From Desulfarculia bacterium (lineage in GTDB: Bacteria > Desulfobacterota > Desulfarculia > G963662305), in the NCBI GenBank assembly GCA_963662305.1, contig OY759352.1, forward strand, positions 818,746 to 882,745: a stretch of 64,000 nt of DNA. The letters run 5' to 3'. Under the pieces are notes generated by a model. The model ran no database searches. It was not told the origin of the DNA and saw only the letters and a program-made list of their open reading frames with translations. Position numbers and translations under genes: made by a program. Shown here in pieces: positions 39,097-49,091 of this stretch. Each line of letters starts with the position of its first letter. The first letter of the stretch is position 1.

Positions 39097-40056
39097 ATGA
39101 CCCAGAGAGAAAAGAGGGACGCACTTACCGAAAACAGGATCTTATCAGCCGTAAACCAAATTTTTCAAAAGGCGGTCACCTGCGAGAGTGAGGAAGACCT
39201 GGTCAAGAAATGCCTCTCCGTTGCCGAAAAATTGACCCAAAGCGTTTTCGGCTTTATCGGCGAGATCAACCACCGGGGGCGTTTTGACACCATCGGACTG
39301 AGTGATCCGGGGTGGGACGATTGCACCATTAACAAAGGAGGCGCCACCAAGATGATCTTGGATATGGAACTCAGGGGCATATGGTCCAGGGTGCTTTTGG
39401 ATGAAGAATCGATAATCGTCAATGACCCTGCCAGCCATCCGGACAGCGTGGGCGTTCCCGCAAACCATCCGCCTCTCATCCGGTTTTTGGGTGTGCCCCT
39501 CAAATCGGGAGGAAAAGTGACGGGCATGATCGCCCTGGCCAACAAACCGGAGGATTATACCGAGGAAGACCGCGTGACTATTGAGGCCTTGAACCTGCCC
39601 ATAATGGAGGCCCTTACCCGGAATCGGGCCGAACAGGCTCTGGCCAGGCAGGCCCAGGAGATACTGGAACTTTCCATTCCGGTGATCCAGATCTGGGAGG
39701 GAATAATCATCGCTCCCTTGATTGGCACTCTGGATTCGGAACGGACCCAGGGCTTCCTGGAAAAGTTCCTGTCAGGGATCGTCGAAACCAAATCCTCGCT
39801 GGCCTTGCTGGATATCACCGGTGTCCCCACGGTGGATACCAGAACCGCTCAGCACCTGATCGAGGCTATCACCTCCGCCAAGCTTTTGGGAACCAAAGTA
39901 ATCTTAACCGGAGTTAGGCCCAGCATCGCCCAGACCTTGGTCCACTTGGGAATTGACTTGGAGGGGATTGAGACTAAAGCCTCCCTGTCCAGTGGATTTA
40001 AAAAGGCCATCGAATTAATCGGGTTGGAAATCAAAACCAAATCCAGTCAAGTCTGA
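39097..40056 (+). CDS. rsbR: Stressosome RsbR paralog 1: GAF + STAS
   Basis: GAF with NDPASHPDSVGVPANHPPLIRFLGVPL; STAS ELSIPVIQIWEGI..PLIGTLDSER..DITGVPTVDT..GVRPSIAQTLVHLGID. Confidence 0.85.
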   Translation: MTQREKRDALTENRILSAVNQIFQKAVTCESEEDLVKKCLSVAEKLTQSVFGFIGEINHRGRFDTIGLSDPGWDDCTINKGGATKMILDMELRGIWSRVLLDEESIIVNDPASHPDSVGVPANHPPLIRFLGVPLKSGGKVTGMIALANKPEDYTEEDRVTIEALNLPIMEALTRNRAEQALARQAQEILELSIPVIQIWEGIIIAPLIGTLDSERTQGFLEKFLSGIVETKSSLALLDITGVPTVDTRTAQHLIEAITSAKLLGTKVILTGVRPSIAQTLVHLGIDLEGIETKASLSSGFKKAIELIGLEIKTKSSQV

Positions 40057-40097
40057 ATTAGGTAAAGTTTAGTGTCGCAAAAGAAAGGAAGAACCGG

Positions 40098-40910
40098 ATG
40101 ACCTGTAAGGTTAAGAAAGACGATATCCACAAAACTGTCCTTGAGGCCATGGATGAGGTCATCTATGTGGCCGACCCTGATACCTATGAGGTTCTCTACG
40201 GCAACCCGGCCATGAAAAAGGTGTGGGGGGAGTGCGAGGGCCGGATCTGCCATGAGGTTCTCCAAAACAGATCCGATCCTTGCCCTTTCTGCACCAATGA
40301 TCTTATCTTCGGCGAATATTTGGGGCGTTCCTATGTCTGGGAATTCCAAAACGAGCTCAGCAAGGGTTGGTTCCGCTGCGTTGATAAGGCCATCGACTGG
40401 CCGGACGGGCGGAAGGTCCGCTACGAGATGGCGGTTGATATCACCAAGCAAAAGGAGGCTGAGGAGGTAGTCACCCGGCAAAGCCAGGAGATAATGGCTC
40501 TTTCAACCCCGGTGATAACGGCCTGGGAGGGAATTATGGTCGCCCCCCTGATCGGTGTGCTGGATTCCCAGCGGGCCCAAAGGTTCATGGAAAGGCTGCT
40601 GTCCTCAGTGGTCGAAACCAAATCGCCTATTGCCCTGGTAGACATTACCGGCGTACCCGTCATCGACACCCAAACAGCCCAGTACCTGATCGAGGCGGTC
40701 ACGGCCACCAGGCTTTTGGGCTCCAAGGTGATCATAACCGGTATCAAGCCGGCCATAGCCCAAACCCTGACGCATCTTGGATTTTCCATGCCGGACGTCA
40801 TAACAGAGGCCTCTCTGGCAAATGGCTTTAAAAAGGCTCTCCAGATGCTGGGGCTGCATATATCCTCCGGAAACGGAGCGGCCCGACAAGAAACCCGGGA
40901 GGAGGATTAG
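40098..40910 (+). CDS. rsbR: Stressosome RsbR paralog 2: Cys-rich PAS + STAS
   Basis: PAS with CEGRICHEVLQNRSDPCPFC; STAS LSTPVI.AWEGI..PLIGVLDSQR..DITGVPVIDT. Confidence 0.85.
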   Translation: MTCKVKKDDIHKTVLEAMDEVIYVADPDTYEVLYGNPAMKKVWGECEGRICHEVLQNRSDPCPFCTNDLIFGEYLGRSYVWEFQNELSKGWFRCVDKAIDWPDGRKVRYEMAVDITKQKEAEEVVTRQSQEIMALSTPVITAWEGIMVAPLIGVLDSQRAQRFMERLLSSVVETKSPIALVDITGVPVIDTQTAQYLIEAVTATRLLGSKVIITGIKPAIAQTLTHLGFSMPDVITEASLANGFKKALQMLGLHISSGNGAARQETREED

Positions 40911-40914
40911 TCGA

Positions 40915-42243
40915 ATGCCTTGCAACTCGATAACCGCTCCCCTGGGAGAGGGCTTCTACCGGGAAATAGTTGAACAAACTGAAGATCTCATCACCATTGT
41001 TGACCGGGAAGGGAAGATCCTTTTCGTAAATAAGGCCGCCGAAAAGGTGTACGGCCATTCCCAGGAAGAGTGCATCGATAAGCCGGTCTTTAGTTTTATC
41101 CATCCCGATGATTCCCGAAAAACCCAGGAAGCCTTTCAGGACTGGTTGGCCCGGGGTTTGGACTCGACAACATTCGAAAATAGACAACTGAGCGCCACCG
41201 GCCGGGTAATCCACATGTATTGGACGATTTCCTTTATCAGAGACGACCGAGGAGAGCTTAAGACGGTCAAAGGCATCGCTCGGGATATAACCCAGCTCAA
41301 GGAAATGGAATCACAGCTCAAACAGAAATCGAGCGAACTCAATAAACGGGTCAAGGAGCTGACCTGCCTTTACCGGCTGGCCGAAGTAGTGGAAGAACCC
41401 GGAACTGATATTCCCACCATCATGACCAAGGCGGTCCAGTTGCTCCCTTCCGGGTGGAAGTATTCGAATATCGCCTCCGCCCGGATCGTTATTGAGGGGC
41501 GTGAATATATCGCACCGGGATTCAACCCTTCTCCCTGGCGGATATCCCGAAGGCTCATGGTAAATAAAGAAGAGATCGGCGAGGTGGAAATCTATTACCA
41601 CGAGAAAATGCCAGATGCCGACGAAGGGCCGTTTTCCAAGGATGAGAGGTCTCTCATCAATGCAATCGCCGAGCGTTTATCCAGAGCCTGGGATCGTATC
41701 AGGACCCAGAAGTTGCTGAAAGAACATAAGGACTCCTTGGAGGAATTGGTCGCCCAACGAACCGCCGAGCTTGAACACAAAATAAACGAGATAGAAGAAA
41801 GAGAAGAGACCATCACCCAACAAGCCGTCGAGATCATGGAGCTATCGACTCCGGTCATCCAGGCTTGGGAAGGGCTGGTTGTGGTACCCATGATCGGAAT
41901 CCTGGACAGCCAGCGGACCCAGCAACTTCTGGATCGTTTTTTGGAGCAGGTGGTGGAGACAAAAGCGTCGATCGCCCTCATGGATATCACCGGCGTTCCC
42001 ACCATCGATACCCAGACCGCACACCACCTGATCGAGGCAGTCACCTCAGCCAGGCTTCTTGGAACAAGAGTGATAATCACGGGCGTCAGGGCCAGCATCG
42101 CCCAAACCTTGGTCCAACTGGGTGTTGATCTCAGCTGGATTGAAACAAATTCATCCCTGATATCCGGAATGCGATCCGCATTCAGACAACTAGGTTACAG
42201 GATAAGCGGTGGGATGTCTTCTGGAATGGAGGTACCACAATGA
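40915..42243 (+). CDS. rsbR: Stressosome RsbR paralog 3: PAS + GAF-like + STAS
   Basis: PAS (IHPDD..ARDIT), RVKELTCLY..LPSGW.Y domain, coiled coil LEELVAQRTAEL, STAS ELSTPVIQAWEG. Confidence 0.85.
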   Translation: MPCNSITAPLGEGFYREIVEQTEDLITIVDREGKILFVNKAAEKVYGHSQEECIDKPVFSFIHPDDSRKTQEAFQDWLARGLDSTTFENRQLSATGRVIHMYWTISFIRDDRGELKTVKGIARDITQLKEMESQLKQKSSELNKRVKELTCLYRLAEVVEEPGTDIPTIMTKAVQLLPSGWKYSNIASARIVIEGREYIAPGFNPSPWRISRRLMVNKEEIGEVEIYYHEKMPDADEGPFSKDERSLINAIAERLSRAWDRIRTQKLLKEHKDSLEELVAQRTAELEHKINEIEEREETITQQAVEIMELSTPVIQAWEGLVVVPMIGILDSQRTQQLLDRFLEQVVETKASIALMDITGVPTIDTQTAHHLIEAVTSARLLGTRVIITGVRASIAQTLVQLGVDLSWIETNSSLISGMRSAFRQLGYRISGGMSSGMEVPQ

Positions 42244-42629
42244 CGGTCGAGTCGGTTTCAGTCAATAAGGTGAGGAATGTTCTTCTCGTTTCTGTTCCGC
42301 CTGATCCGGAGGATGGCATTATTTCCAGCCTTCAAGAAAAAATCCTGGACAGCATGGAGAGATACCATGATCTGCAAGGACTCATAATCGATATATCGAT
42401 GGTCGACACCATGGACTCCTACTTTGCCCGGACCATCATAGAGACGGCCGAGATGGTCCGTTTGATGGGCGGGTTGACCATTGTGGCCGGGATGGCGCCC
42501 AGCGTGGCCATTACCGCCACCCAATTGGGGCTGACTTTCGAAAACCTGTCAACAGCCCTGGATGTTGATTTAGCCCTGGATATGATGCTTGAGAAAAAGG
42601 GCGTGGGGGTTTTTGGTGAAAATTATTGA
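42240..42629 (+). CDS. rsbS: Stressosome scaffold RsbS (single STAS)
   Basis: GLIIDISMVDTMDSYFARTI (phospho-Ser position as in DSF of RsbS), RLMG..TIVAGM.PSVAIT..LGL..TALD. Confidence 0.9.
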   Translation: MTVESVSVNKVRNVLLVSVPPDPEDGIISSLQEKILDSMERYHDLQGLIIDISMVDTMDSYFARTIIETAEMVRLMGGLTIVAGMAPSVAITATQLGLTFENLSTALDVDLALDMMLEKKGVGVFGENY

Positions 42630-43041
42630 CAGTGATTCCCAGGGGCAGACTGAGATTAAGGCTGAAAGCGACATGGTCGCTGTCCGGAAAATCGTTCGGG
42701 AGAGGGCTCAGACCTTGGGGTTTTCTATGACCGAAGTGACCAAAGTCGTCACCGCCGCCTCGGAGCTGGCCCGTAATATTTACAGATACGCCGACAAAGG
42801 GATCATGAAATGGTACCTTTTGCGCAGGGATTCGCAGCAGGGCTTGGAATTGGAGTTCGTGGACAACGGGCCGGGCATTGATAATGTTGAACTGGCCATG
42901 TCACCGGGATTCAGCACCGCCAAGGGTTTGGGATTGGGCTTGTCAGGGGCCAAACGCTTGATGGACGAAATGGAGTTGGACAGCAGATCCGGGCAGGGAA
43001 CCAGAGTGGTCATCCGGAAATGGGTAAGTAATGCGAGATAA
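42616..43041 (+). CDS. rsbT: Ser/Thr kinase RsbT
   Basis: TKVVTAASELARNIYRYA, DNGPGI, GFST..GLGLGLSGAKRLMDE, GQGT.V...KW; GTG start 42616 assumed. Confidence 0.9.
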   Translation: MKIIDSDSQGQTEIKAESDMVAVRKIVRERAQTLGFSMTEVTKVVTAASELARNIYRYADKGIMKWYLLRRDSQQGLELEFVDNGPGIDNVELAMSPGFSTAKGLGLGLSGAKRLMDEMELDSRSGQGTRVVIRKWVSNAR

Positions 43042-44095
43042 GCAACAGCCGGATGAGCAGGAGTCGGGTGACGAATCATTGTCCCGAATTTCCCGCAGGT
43101 TCACCGTCAATACTTCCTCAGACGTGATTGTCGCCCGCCGGGCCTGGCGAAGCCCTATAGCGGATCTTGGCTTTAATGAAAACGCCCAGGCGGAAATCCA
43201 GTTGGTGATTACGGAACTGGGAACCAACCTGGTCAAGCACGCCGGTGGAGGAGAAATATTAATCGAAGGAGTCAGCGACGGCGAACGCCGAGGACTAAGA
43301 ATAGAGACAAGGGATGAAGGCCCCGGCATAGCCTGCCCGGATGAGGCCCTGTCGGATGGATTCTCCACCTCCGGCGGTTTGGGTTACGGGCTGGGGACAG
43401 TCTGCCGTCTTGCCAGCGAGTTTCATATCTCCCCTCCTTCAATGGATAAGCGGGGGGCGCACTTGGTGGCGATTCGGTGGCTGGATCCAGACCCGAAACT
43501 TCAAAAGCGGCCTCCCTTGGATATTGGAGTGGCGACCCGTCACCATCCCGGCATGAAAGTCAACGGGGACGGGTACGTGTTCGAAAATTGGAACGGCTCG
43601 ACCTTGGCCGGGGTAATAGACGGTTTGGGACACGGCCACTTTGCTCACAAGGCAACAGTTACCGCGATCACCCACATTCGCCAATGTTACCGAGATGATC
43701 TGCCTACCCTTTTTCGGGGCGTGGCCAGGGCTTGCCGGCCCACCAGGGGCGTGGTCATGACTCTGGCCCGGTTCGACTCGGAATCGGCCGGGTTGACTCT
43801 GTCCGGGATCGGGAATGTGGAAGCCAGGCTGATAAGGGAGGACGTCTCAACCAGCTTTGTCTCCAGGAGGGGCATTTTGGGGGTGCGCAGTCCAAACCCC
43901 TCCAGCGAAAATTACGTTTGGAGAGCGGACTACATTCTGGTTATCCATTCAGACGGTCTAAGCGCCAGCTGGCGGCCGCGCGATTTCGGCAGTTTATGGG
44001 ACGGCTCCGCCCAATTGATCGCCCGTGACCTTTTAAAGGCCAAATCAAGAGATCATGACGATGCCACGGTTATGGTTATCAAGGGGTCAAAATGA
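43031..44095 (+). CDS. rsbX: RsbT-like HATPase fused to SpoIIE/PP2C phosphatase (RsbX-like)
   Basis: TELGTNLVKHAGGG, DEGPGI, GLGYGL; NGDG, VIDGLGHG, GIGNV, HSDGL, DDAT. Confidence 0.82.
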   Translation: MRDKQQPDEQESGDESLSRISRRFTVNTSSDVIVARRAWRSPIADLGFNENAQAEIQLVITELGTNLVKHAGGGEILIEGVSDGERRGLRIETRDEGPGIACPDEALSDGFSTSGGLGYGLGTVCRLASEFHISPPSMDKRGAHLVAIRWLDPDPKLQKRPPLDIGVATRHHPGMKVNGDGYVFENWNGSTLAGVIDGLGHGHFAHKATVTAITHIRQCYRDDLPTLFRGVARACRPTRGVVMTLARFDSESAGLTLSGIGNVEARLIREDVSTSFVSRRGILGVRSPNPSSENYVWRADYILVIHSDGLSASWRPRDFGSLWDGSAQLIARDLLKAKSRDHDDATVMVIKGSK

Positions 44096-47000
44096 AAGGT
44101 AAAAAAGAGGGCAACGGGTTCCCTGAGCCGTCACTGGGAAGCGGGGATAAAGCCGGGGCTGATCCCAATTTGAGTCTTAAAAAAGCCCTGGATCTCATAG
44201 TGTCCCTAAGGGCCGAACTGTCGGAGGCCCATAGCGAATTGGCCCAGACCAATCAGGAGTTGCTCCAACTCACCCTTGAATTTGAGGATCGGGTGGAGGA
44301 ACGGACAAACGAACTGTTCAATTCACGCGAAAAGCTAAAGAAGGAGATCGAAGAAAGAAAAGCCGCTCAAAAAAAATTGAAAGAGAGCGAAAGATATTAT
44401 CGCTCCATGATCGCCAAACTCCATGAGGATATCATGGTTATCGATCGTGATTATGTGGTAGTTGACATCAATAACTCGTTTCTCCAGACCTATGGTGCTA
44501 CCCGGAAGGAAGTAATTGGGAAATATTGTTACAAGGTAGCGGCCGGTCATCCCGGGCCATGCTGGCAACATGGGATTGACTGTCGTATCGAGAGCGTTTT
44601 CTCCTCCGGAGAACCAAGCCAATGCATCATCAAACAACAACGCCTAAACGGCTCTGAGCTGTATCTGGACACCATTCTCTCCCCCTTAAAGGATAACAAC
44701 GGAGAGGTGATACAGACCATAGTAGCGGTCAGGGATATAACCCCTCTGATTCGCGCTCAGGAGGAGTTGGCCCTCCAAGAGGAAAAGTACCGGAATCTGG
44801 TGGAGACTTCACCCGATGCGATATTAGTATTTGATAAAAAAGGAATCATTGAATTCGCCAATAAAACCGCCGGTTTGTTGTTCAGTAAAGGAAAACAGAA
44901 AGAGCTGATCGGTTGCAGGTACTTCGATTTTATTCCGCCTTCCAACCGGGAGCTGTCCAAAGAGCGGGTTAATGAGCTCTCCCGAGGGAATAACGTATCT
45001 TTCCGGGAGCACAAGGTAAAGGCTTTTGACGGGCGGGAGCTGGAGGTCGAATCCAGCGGTACCGCCTTCAAATATCGGGACAGAGTCCTTTTCCAGGTGA
45101 TAATCAGGGATATTACGGAACGTAAGGCCGGAGAAAGAAAACTCAAAAAGGCCCTGGCTGATTCCAGGTCCCGCCGGAGAGAGATTTCGGCTCTTCTGGA
45201 GGGCGCGGAAGCCTTACTTGCCCAAAAGGATTTCGAAGTAGCGGCCAAAGGGCTATTCAACTCCTGTTGTAAGGCAATAGGCGCTACGGCCGGCTATATG
45301 GCTCTTCTTAACGAGGACACAGGAAACAATGAAGTTTTTTTTCTTGAGTCCGATGGAAAGGAATGCGTGGTCGACCCGGAGTTGCCCATGCCCATCAGGG
45401 GATTGCGCGAGGTGGCCTACCGGAAAAAACAACCTGTGGTGGAGAACGATTTCTCTGAAAGCCGTTGGATGGAGCTCATGCCTGCCGGTCATATCCGCCT
45501 GGACAATGTCCTTTTCGCTCCGCTTATAATGGGAAACCGGGCCGTGGGTCTCATCGGCCTGGCCAATAAACCCGGAGGGTTCAACGATGAGGACAAAAAA
45601 CTGGCGGCCGGATTCGGCGAGTTCGCTGCGCTGGCCCTGAGCCAAAGTCTGGCCGATTCGAGATTGAAAGAGAGCGAGGAACGTTACAGGTCTCTCTACG
45701 ATGACGCTCCCAGCGGCTACTTTTCCGTCAGTGCCCATGACGGCAGAATTATAAGAAGCAACAAAATGGCCCAGCGGATGTTGGGCTATAGTGCGGAAGG
45801 GTTGTCTGGAAGTAATTTAATGGATATTTATGCGGACACTCCCGCAGGCAAGCCCCGGGCAGCGGAAAGGTTTAAAAAAATCCTGGAGGGAGAATCGATT
45901 CGCGACGAAGAAGTAGAGTTGCTGAGGTCGGATAAACAGACCATATGGGGCAGCCTCCAGGTCACCCCCATTTTCGACAAAGATGGAAAGGTGGTGGAGA
46001 GTCGTTCGGTGGTCATCGACATCACTGAAAGGAAAAACCTGGAGGGACAACTTAGGCAGGCCCAAAAGATGGAGGCCATCGGAACCCTGGCCGGAGGCAT
46101 AGCCCACGACTTTAATAATATTCTAACTCCTATCATGGGATACTCCGAACTGCTTCTCAGCGAAACGCCCCAGGATCACATGAATTATCACATGTTGGAG
46201 CAGATTACCAAAGCCAGCCGGAGAGCGCGTCAATTGGTCCACCAAATCCTCACTTTCAGCCGTCAATCGGTGGAGGAGAGAAAACCGCTGATTTTAAATC
46301 CTACCGTTAAAGAGCCCATAAAACTCCTCAGGGCCTCCTTGCCCGCCAGCATTGAGATAAGAGAAGGTATCACCTCCCAAGACCTGGTTGTTTTGGCTGA
46401 CCCGGTTCAGGTGCATCAGATAACCATGAACCTTTGCACCAACGCGGCCCACGCCATGCCCCAGGGCGGAACCCTGGGGATAAAACTAGAAAAAAGAAAA
46501 ATAGAGAATGCAAACGAAGAAGATAGAGCCCTTCCAAGGGGGGATTACGCCTGTCTGACCGTCAGCGACACTGGCACCGGGATCCCGCCGGAGATTATCG
46601 ACCGGATTTTCGAGCCTTATTTCACCACAAAGCCTACAGGGAAAGGCACCGGCCTGGGACTGTCTATAATCCACGGCATCATTAAGAATATGGGCGGAAA
46701 TATCGCCGTACAGAACGATCCCGGTCAGGGTGCCAGCTTCCGGGTATTGCTCCCCCTGTATCAGGAAGAGACCACGGATCAGGACAATAAAAAGGCAATT
46801 CGGGTGGAGGGCTCCGGCAGTATCCTTTTTGTGGATGATGATGAGATGATCGTGGAGATGGTCTGCCATCGACTCTCCAAATGGGGCTTCAGGGTAACCG
46901 GACTTACCGATTGCCGCCAGGCTCTGGACCTGATTGAAAAGGACCCCTACTCATTCGATCTGGTTATCACGGATCTTAGCATGCCCCATATGGAAGGCAC

Positions 47001-47196
47001 GGAAGTAGCCCAACGCATCAGAAAGCTGAACCCTGATGTCCCCATCATCTTGAGCACGGGATTCAGCCGCGATCTGAGCGAGGACGATTTGAACAGCTTC
47101 GGCATCAACGCCCTAATCATGAAGCCGGTGGTGGATCAAGAATTGACTGCCTTAATAGACAAGCTGCTGGCTGGAAAAAAACTAGGCGGGAGCTAA
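44092..47196 (+). CDS. Cytoplasmic hybrid histidine kinase (coiled coil-PAS-PAS-GAF-PAS-HisKA-HATPase-REC), stressosome output
   Basis: QAQKMEAIGTLAGGIAHDFNN, NLCTNA, DTGTGI, FEPYFTTK..GTGLGL, REC VDDD..ITDLSMP..KP; ATGA-type overlap with rsbX. Confidence 0.92.
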   Translation: MKGKKEGNGFPEPSLGSGDKAGADPNLSLKKALDLIVSLRAELSEAHSELAQTNQELLQLTLEFEDRVEERTNELFNSREKLKKEIEERKAAQKKLKESERYYRSMIAKLHEDIMVIDRDYVVVDINNSFLQTYGATRKEVIGKYCYKVAAGHPGPCWQHGIDCRIESVFSSGEPSQCIIKQQRLNGSELYLDTILSPLKDNNGEVIQTIVAVRDITPLIRAQEELALQEEKYRNLVETSPDAILVFDKKGIIEFANKTAGLLFSKGKQKELIGCRYFDFIPPSNRELSKERVNELSRGNNVSFREHKVKAFDGRELEVESSGTAFKYRDRVLFQVIIRDITERKAGERKLKKALADSRSRRREISALLEGAEALLAQKDFEVAAKGLFNSCCKAIGATAGYMALLNEDTGNNEVFFLESDGKECVVDPELPMPIRGLREVAYRKKQPVVENDFSESRWMELMPAGHIRLDNVLFAPLIMGNRAVGLIGLANKPGGFNDEDKKLAAGFGEFAALALSQSLADSRLKESEERYRSLYDDAPSGYFSVSAHDGRIIRSNKMAQRMLGYSAEGLSGSNLMDIYADTPAGKPRAAERFKKILEGESIRDEEVELLRSDKQTIWGSLQVTPIFDKDGKVVESRSVVIDITERKNLEGQLRQAQKMEAIGTLAGGIAHDFNNILTPIMGYSELLLSETPQDHMNYHMLEQITKASRRARQLVHQILTFSRQSVEERKPLILNPTVKEPIKLLRASLPASIEIREGITSQDLVVLADPVQVHQITMNLCTNAAHAMPQGGTLGIKLEKRKIENANEEDRALPRGDYACLTVSDTGTGIPPEIIDRIFEPYFTTKPTGKGTGLGLSIIHGIIKNMGGNIAVQNDPGQGASFRVLLPLYQEETTDQDNKKAIRVEGSGSILFVDDDEMIVEMVCHRLSKWGFRVTGLTDCRQALDLIEKDPYSFDLVITDLSMPHMEGTEVAQRIRKLNPDVPIILSTGFSRDLSEDDLNSFGINALIMKPVVDQELTALIDKLLAGKKLGGS

Positions 47197-47289
47197 CGAG
47201 ATTATGAATCCGACGTCTGAAAAAGTCTTGTTCGATGACGACGAGCCTAACATGCCTTAGTCAAGAAAAACGTTTACAGCCAGCCCCTG

Positions 47290-47582
47290 CCAGTGCATGC
47301 TTTGGGTCACGGTCTTGCGGTTGTATGTATGCCCTGCTCATCAAGATCAAGGGCTGGCCCCACTGCGCCGCGACAGCCTTTGCGGGAGGCGAAAACCTCT
47401 GCAACCAGTCGGTCCGGCTTCTCATGAAAAAGCTGCTGACGACTGGGGTTTTGAAGCCTATACCGCCAGGCATAATAGCCCCTGCGCGGCACCCCAAATG
47501 CCTCGCACTGGGCGCTGATGCTGAATTTGCCTGCCTTCTCCTCCATAAACGCGTACTTCACGTCAGGCTTTTCGCGAAGTAC
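47290..47582 (-). mobile_element. IS3-family orfB N-terminal fragment
   Basis: MKYAFMEEKAGKFSISAQCEAFGVPRRGYYAWR; DNA similar to 38395-38580; cut by IS66 left end. Confidence 0.7.
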
Positions 47583-49091
47583 GTAAGCGTCTTATTGGGT
47601 GCTTCTACTCCGATTGAAATTTATCTGTCATATTGAGTTCCATCGCATGGAGGGTCTCAATATGGCGACAAGTAAGCGAGCGAAGGAACTGGCAGCGAAG
47701 GGCAAGTATTGGAGGAGTCATGTAGCTGCCTGGTCCGACAGCGGTCTGAGCCAGGCCGAGTATTGGCGGCGGTATGGGCTTAAGGCGCACAATTTGTGCT
47801 ACTTGGGTGGAGAAGTTGGGAGGGGCGCGGCCGGTCGGGCTTTCGGCCCCGGAGGCGACTTCATCGGTTGAGATGGTGGAAGTGGATTTCCGGGGAGCAG
47901 GCGAAGCAGTCCCCATGGCCGAATCATCTCCCTTGCGGATAGCCATCGGCGAACGCTTCCGGATCGAGGTAAGAGGCGATTTCGATGCGGCCGTTTTTGA
48001 GAAACTGGCCCTGAGCCTGGCCCTGATTTCGGATCGTCTGGCGTGATCGGGTTGGGCCCGAACAGCCGGGTCTATCTGGCCTTGGGCGCAACAGACATGC
48101 GCAAGGCCATCAACGGGCTGTCGCTCCTGGGGTGGGCGGCCATCTGGATTTAGACGTCTTCACGGGCCGCCTGTTCGCTTTTTGTAACCGGGCCCGGACG
48201 ATCATCAAAATCCTGTACTGGGACCGGAACGGCTTTTGCCTGTGGCAGAAACGGTTGGAGAAACATCTCTTCCAGTGGCCCGAAAGCCGGGACCAGGTCT
48301 TGGAGATAGGCTTCCGGGAACTGGCCTGGCTGTTGGAAGGTCTCGATATAGAACGGGCCAAGGGTCATCCGAGAATAAGTTATTCAACCCTGTTCTAAGG
48401 CTGAAATAGATTGCCCAAACTGACTGATTGGTGTATGTATACAGTCAGTTATGAACACTTCATCCCTGCCGGATAATCCTGATCGGGACACCATAATCGC
48501 CGACCGCGAGGCTGAGATATATCGCTTGGCCGAGCAGGTCCGCCTTCTCAAGGCGCTCCGTTTTCAGGCCCAGTCGGAGAAATCCAGGCCTCATGGCCAC
48601 GAAGTCCAATACTCGCTCTTCAACGAGGCCGAGATGGTCGCGGATGAAGCCGAGGAAGACGACGACAAGGAAACCCAAGTCGGCGCCCATACCCGCAAAA
48701 AGCCTGGCCGGCGGCCCATCTCGCCCGACTATCCCAGGGTCGAGGTGGTTCATGACATCCCGGAAGATGAAAAGGTATGTGGCTGCGGCTGTGAACTGAC
48801 CCGGATCGGCGAGGACGTCAGCTAAAAGCCGGACATCACCCCCCAAAAGATCCAGGTCATCCGCCACATCCGGCCGAAATACGCATGCAAATCATGCGAG
48901 GGCGTGGAGGACGAAGGCCCGACCATCAAAATAGCGGCCATGCCGCCCCAGATCATCCCCCAAGGCATTGTAACCCCGTCCCTTCTGGCCTACATCCTGG
49001 TCAACAAGTTTGCCGACGGGCTGCCTTTCTACCGCCAATCGGCCCTGTTCGACCGCCTGGGCGTGGATCTTTCCCGGGCGACCATGCCCGG
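47583..49091 (+). mobile_element. IS66-family element, 5' half (tnpA, tnpB, tnpC N-terminus; all degraded)
   Basis: TIR GTAAGCGTCTTATTGGGTGCTTCT; tnpA 47662-48046 and tnpB 48043-48398 (TDMRKAING, KILYWDRNGFCLWQKRLEK) frameshifted; tnpC from 48451 with in-frame TAA 48823, ends at SRATM at the IS21 junction. Confidence 0.85.
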
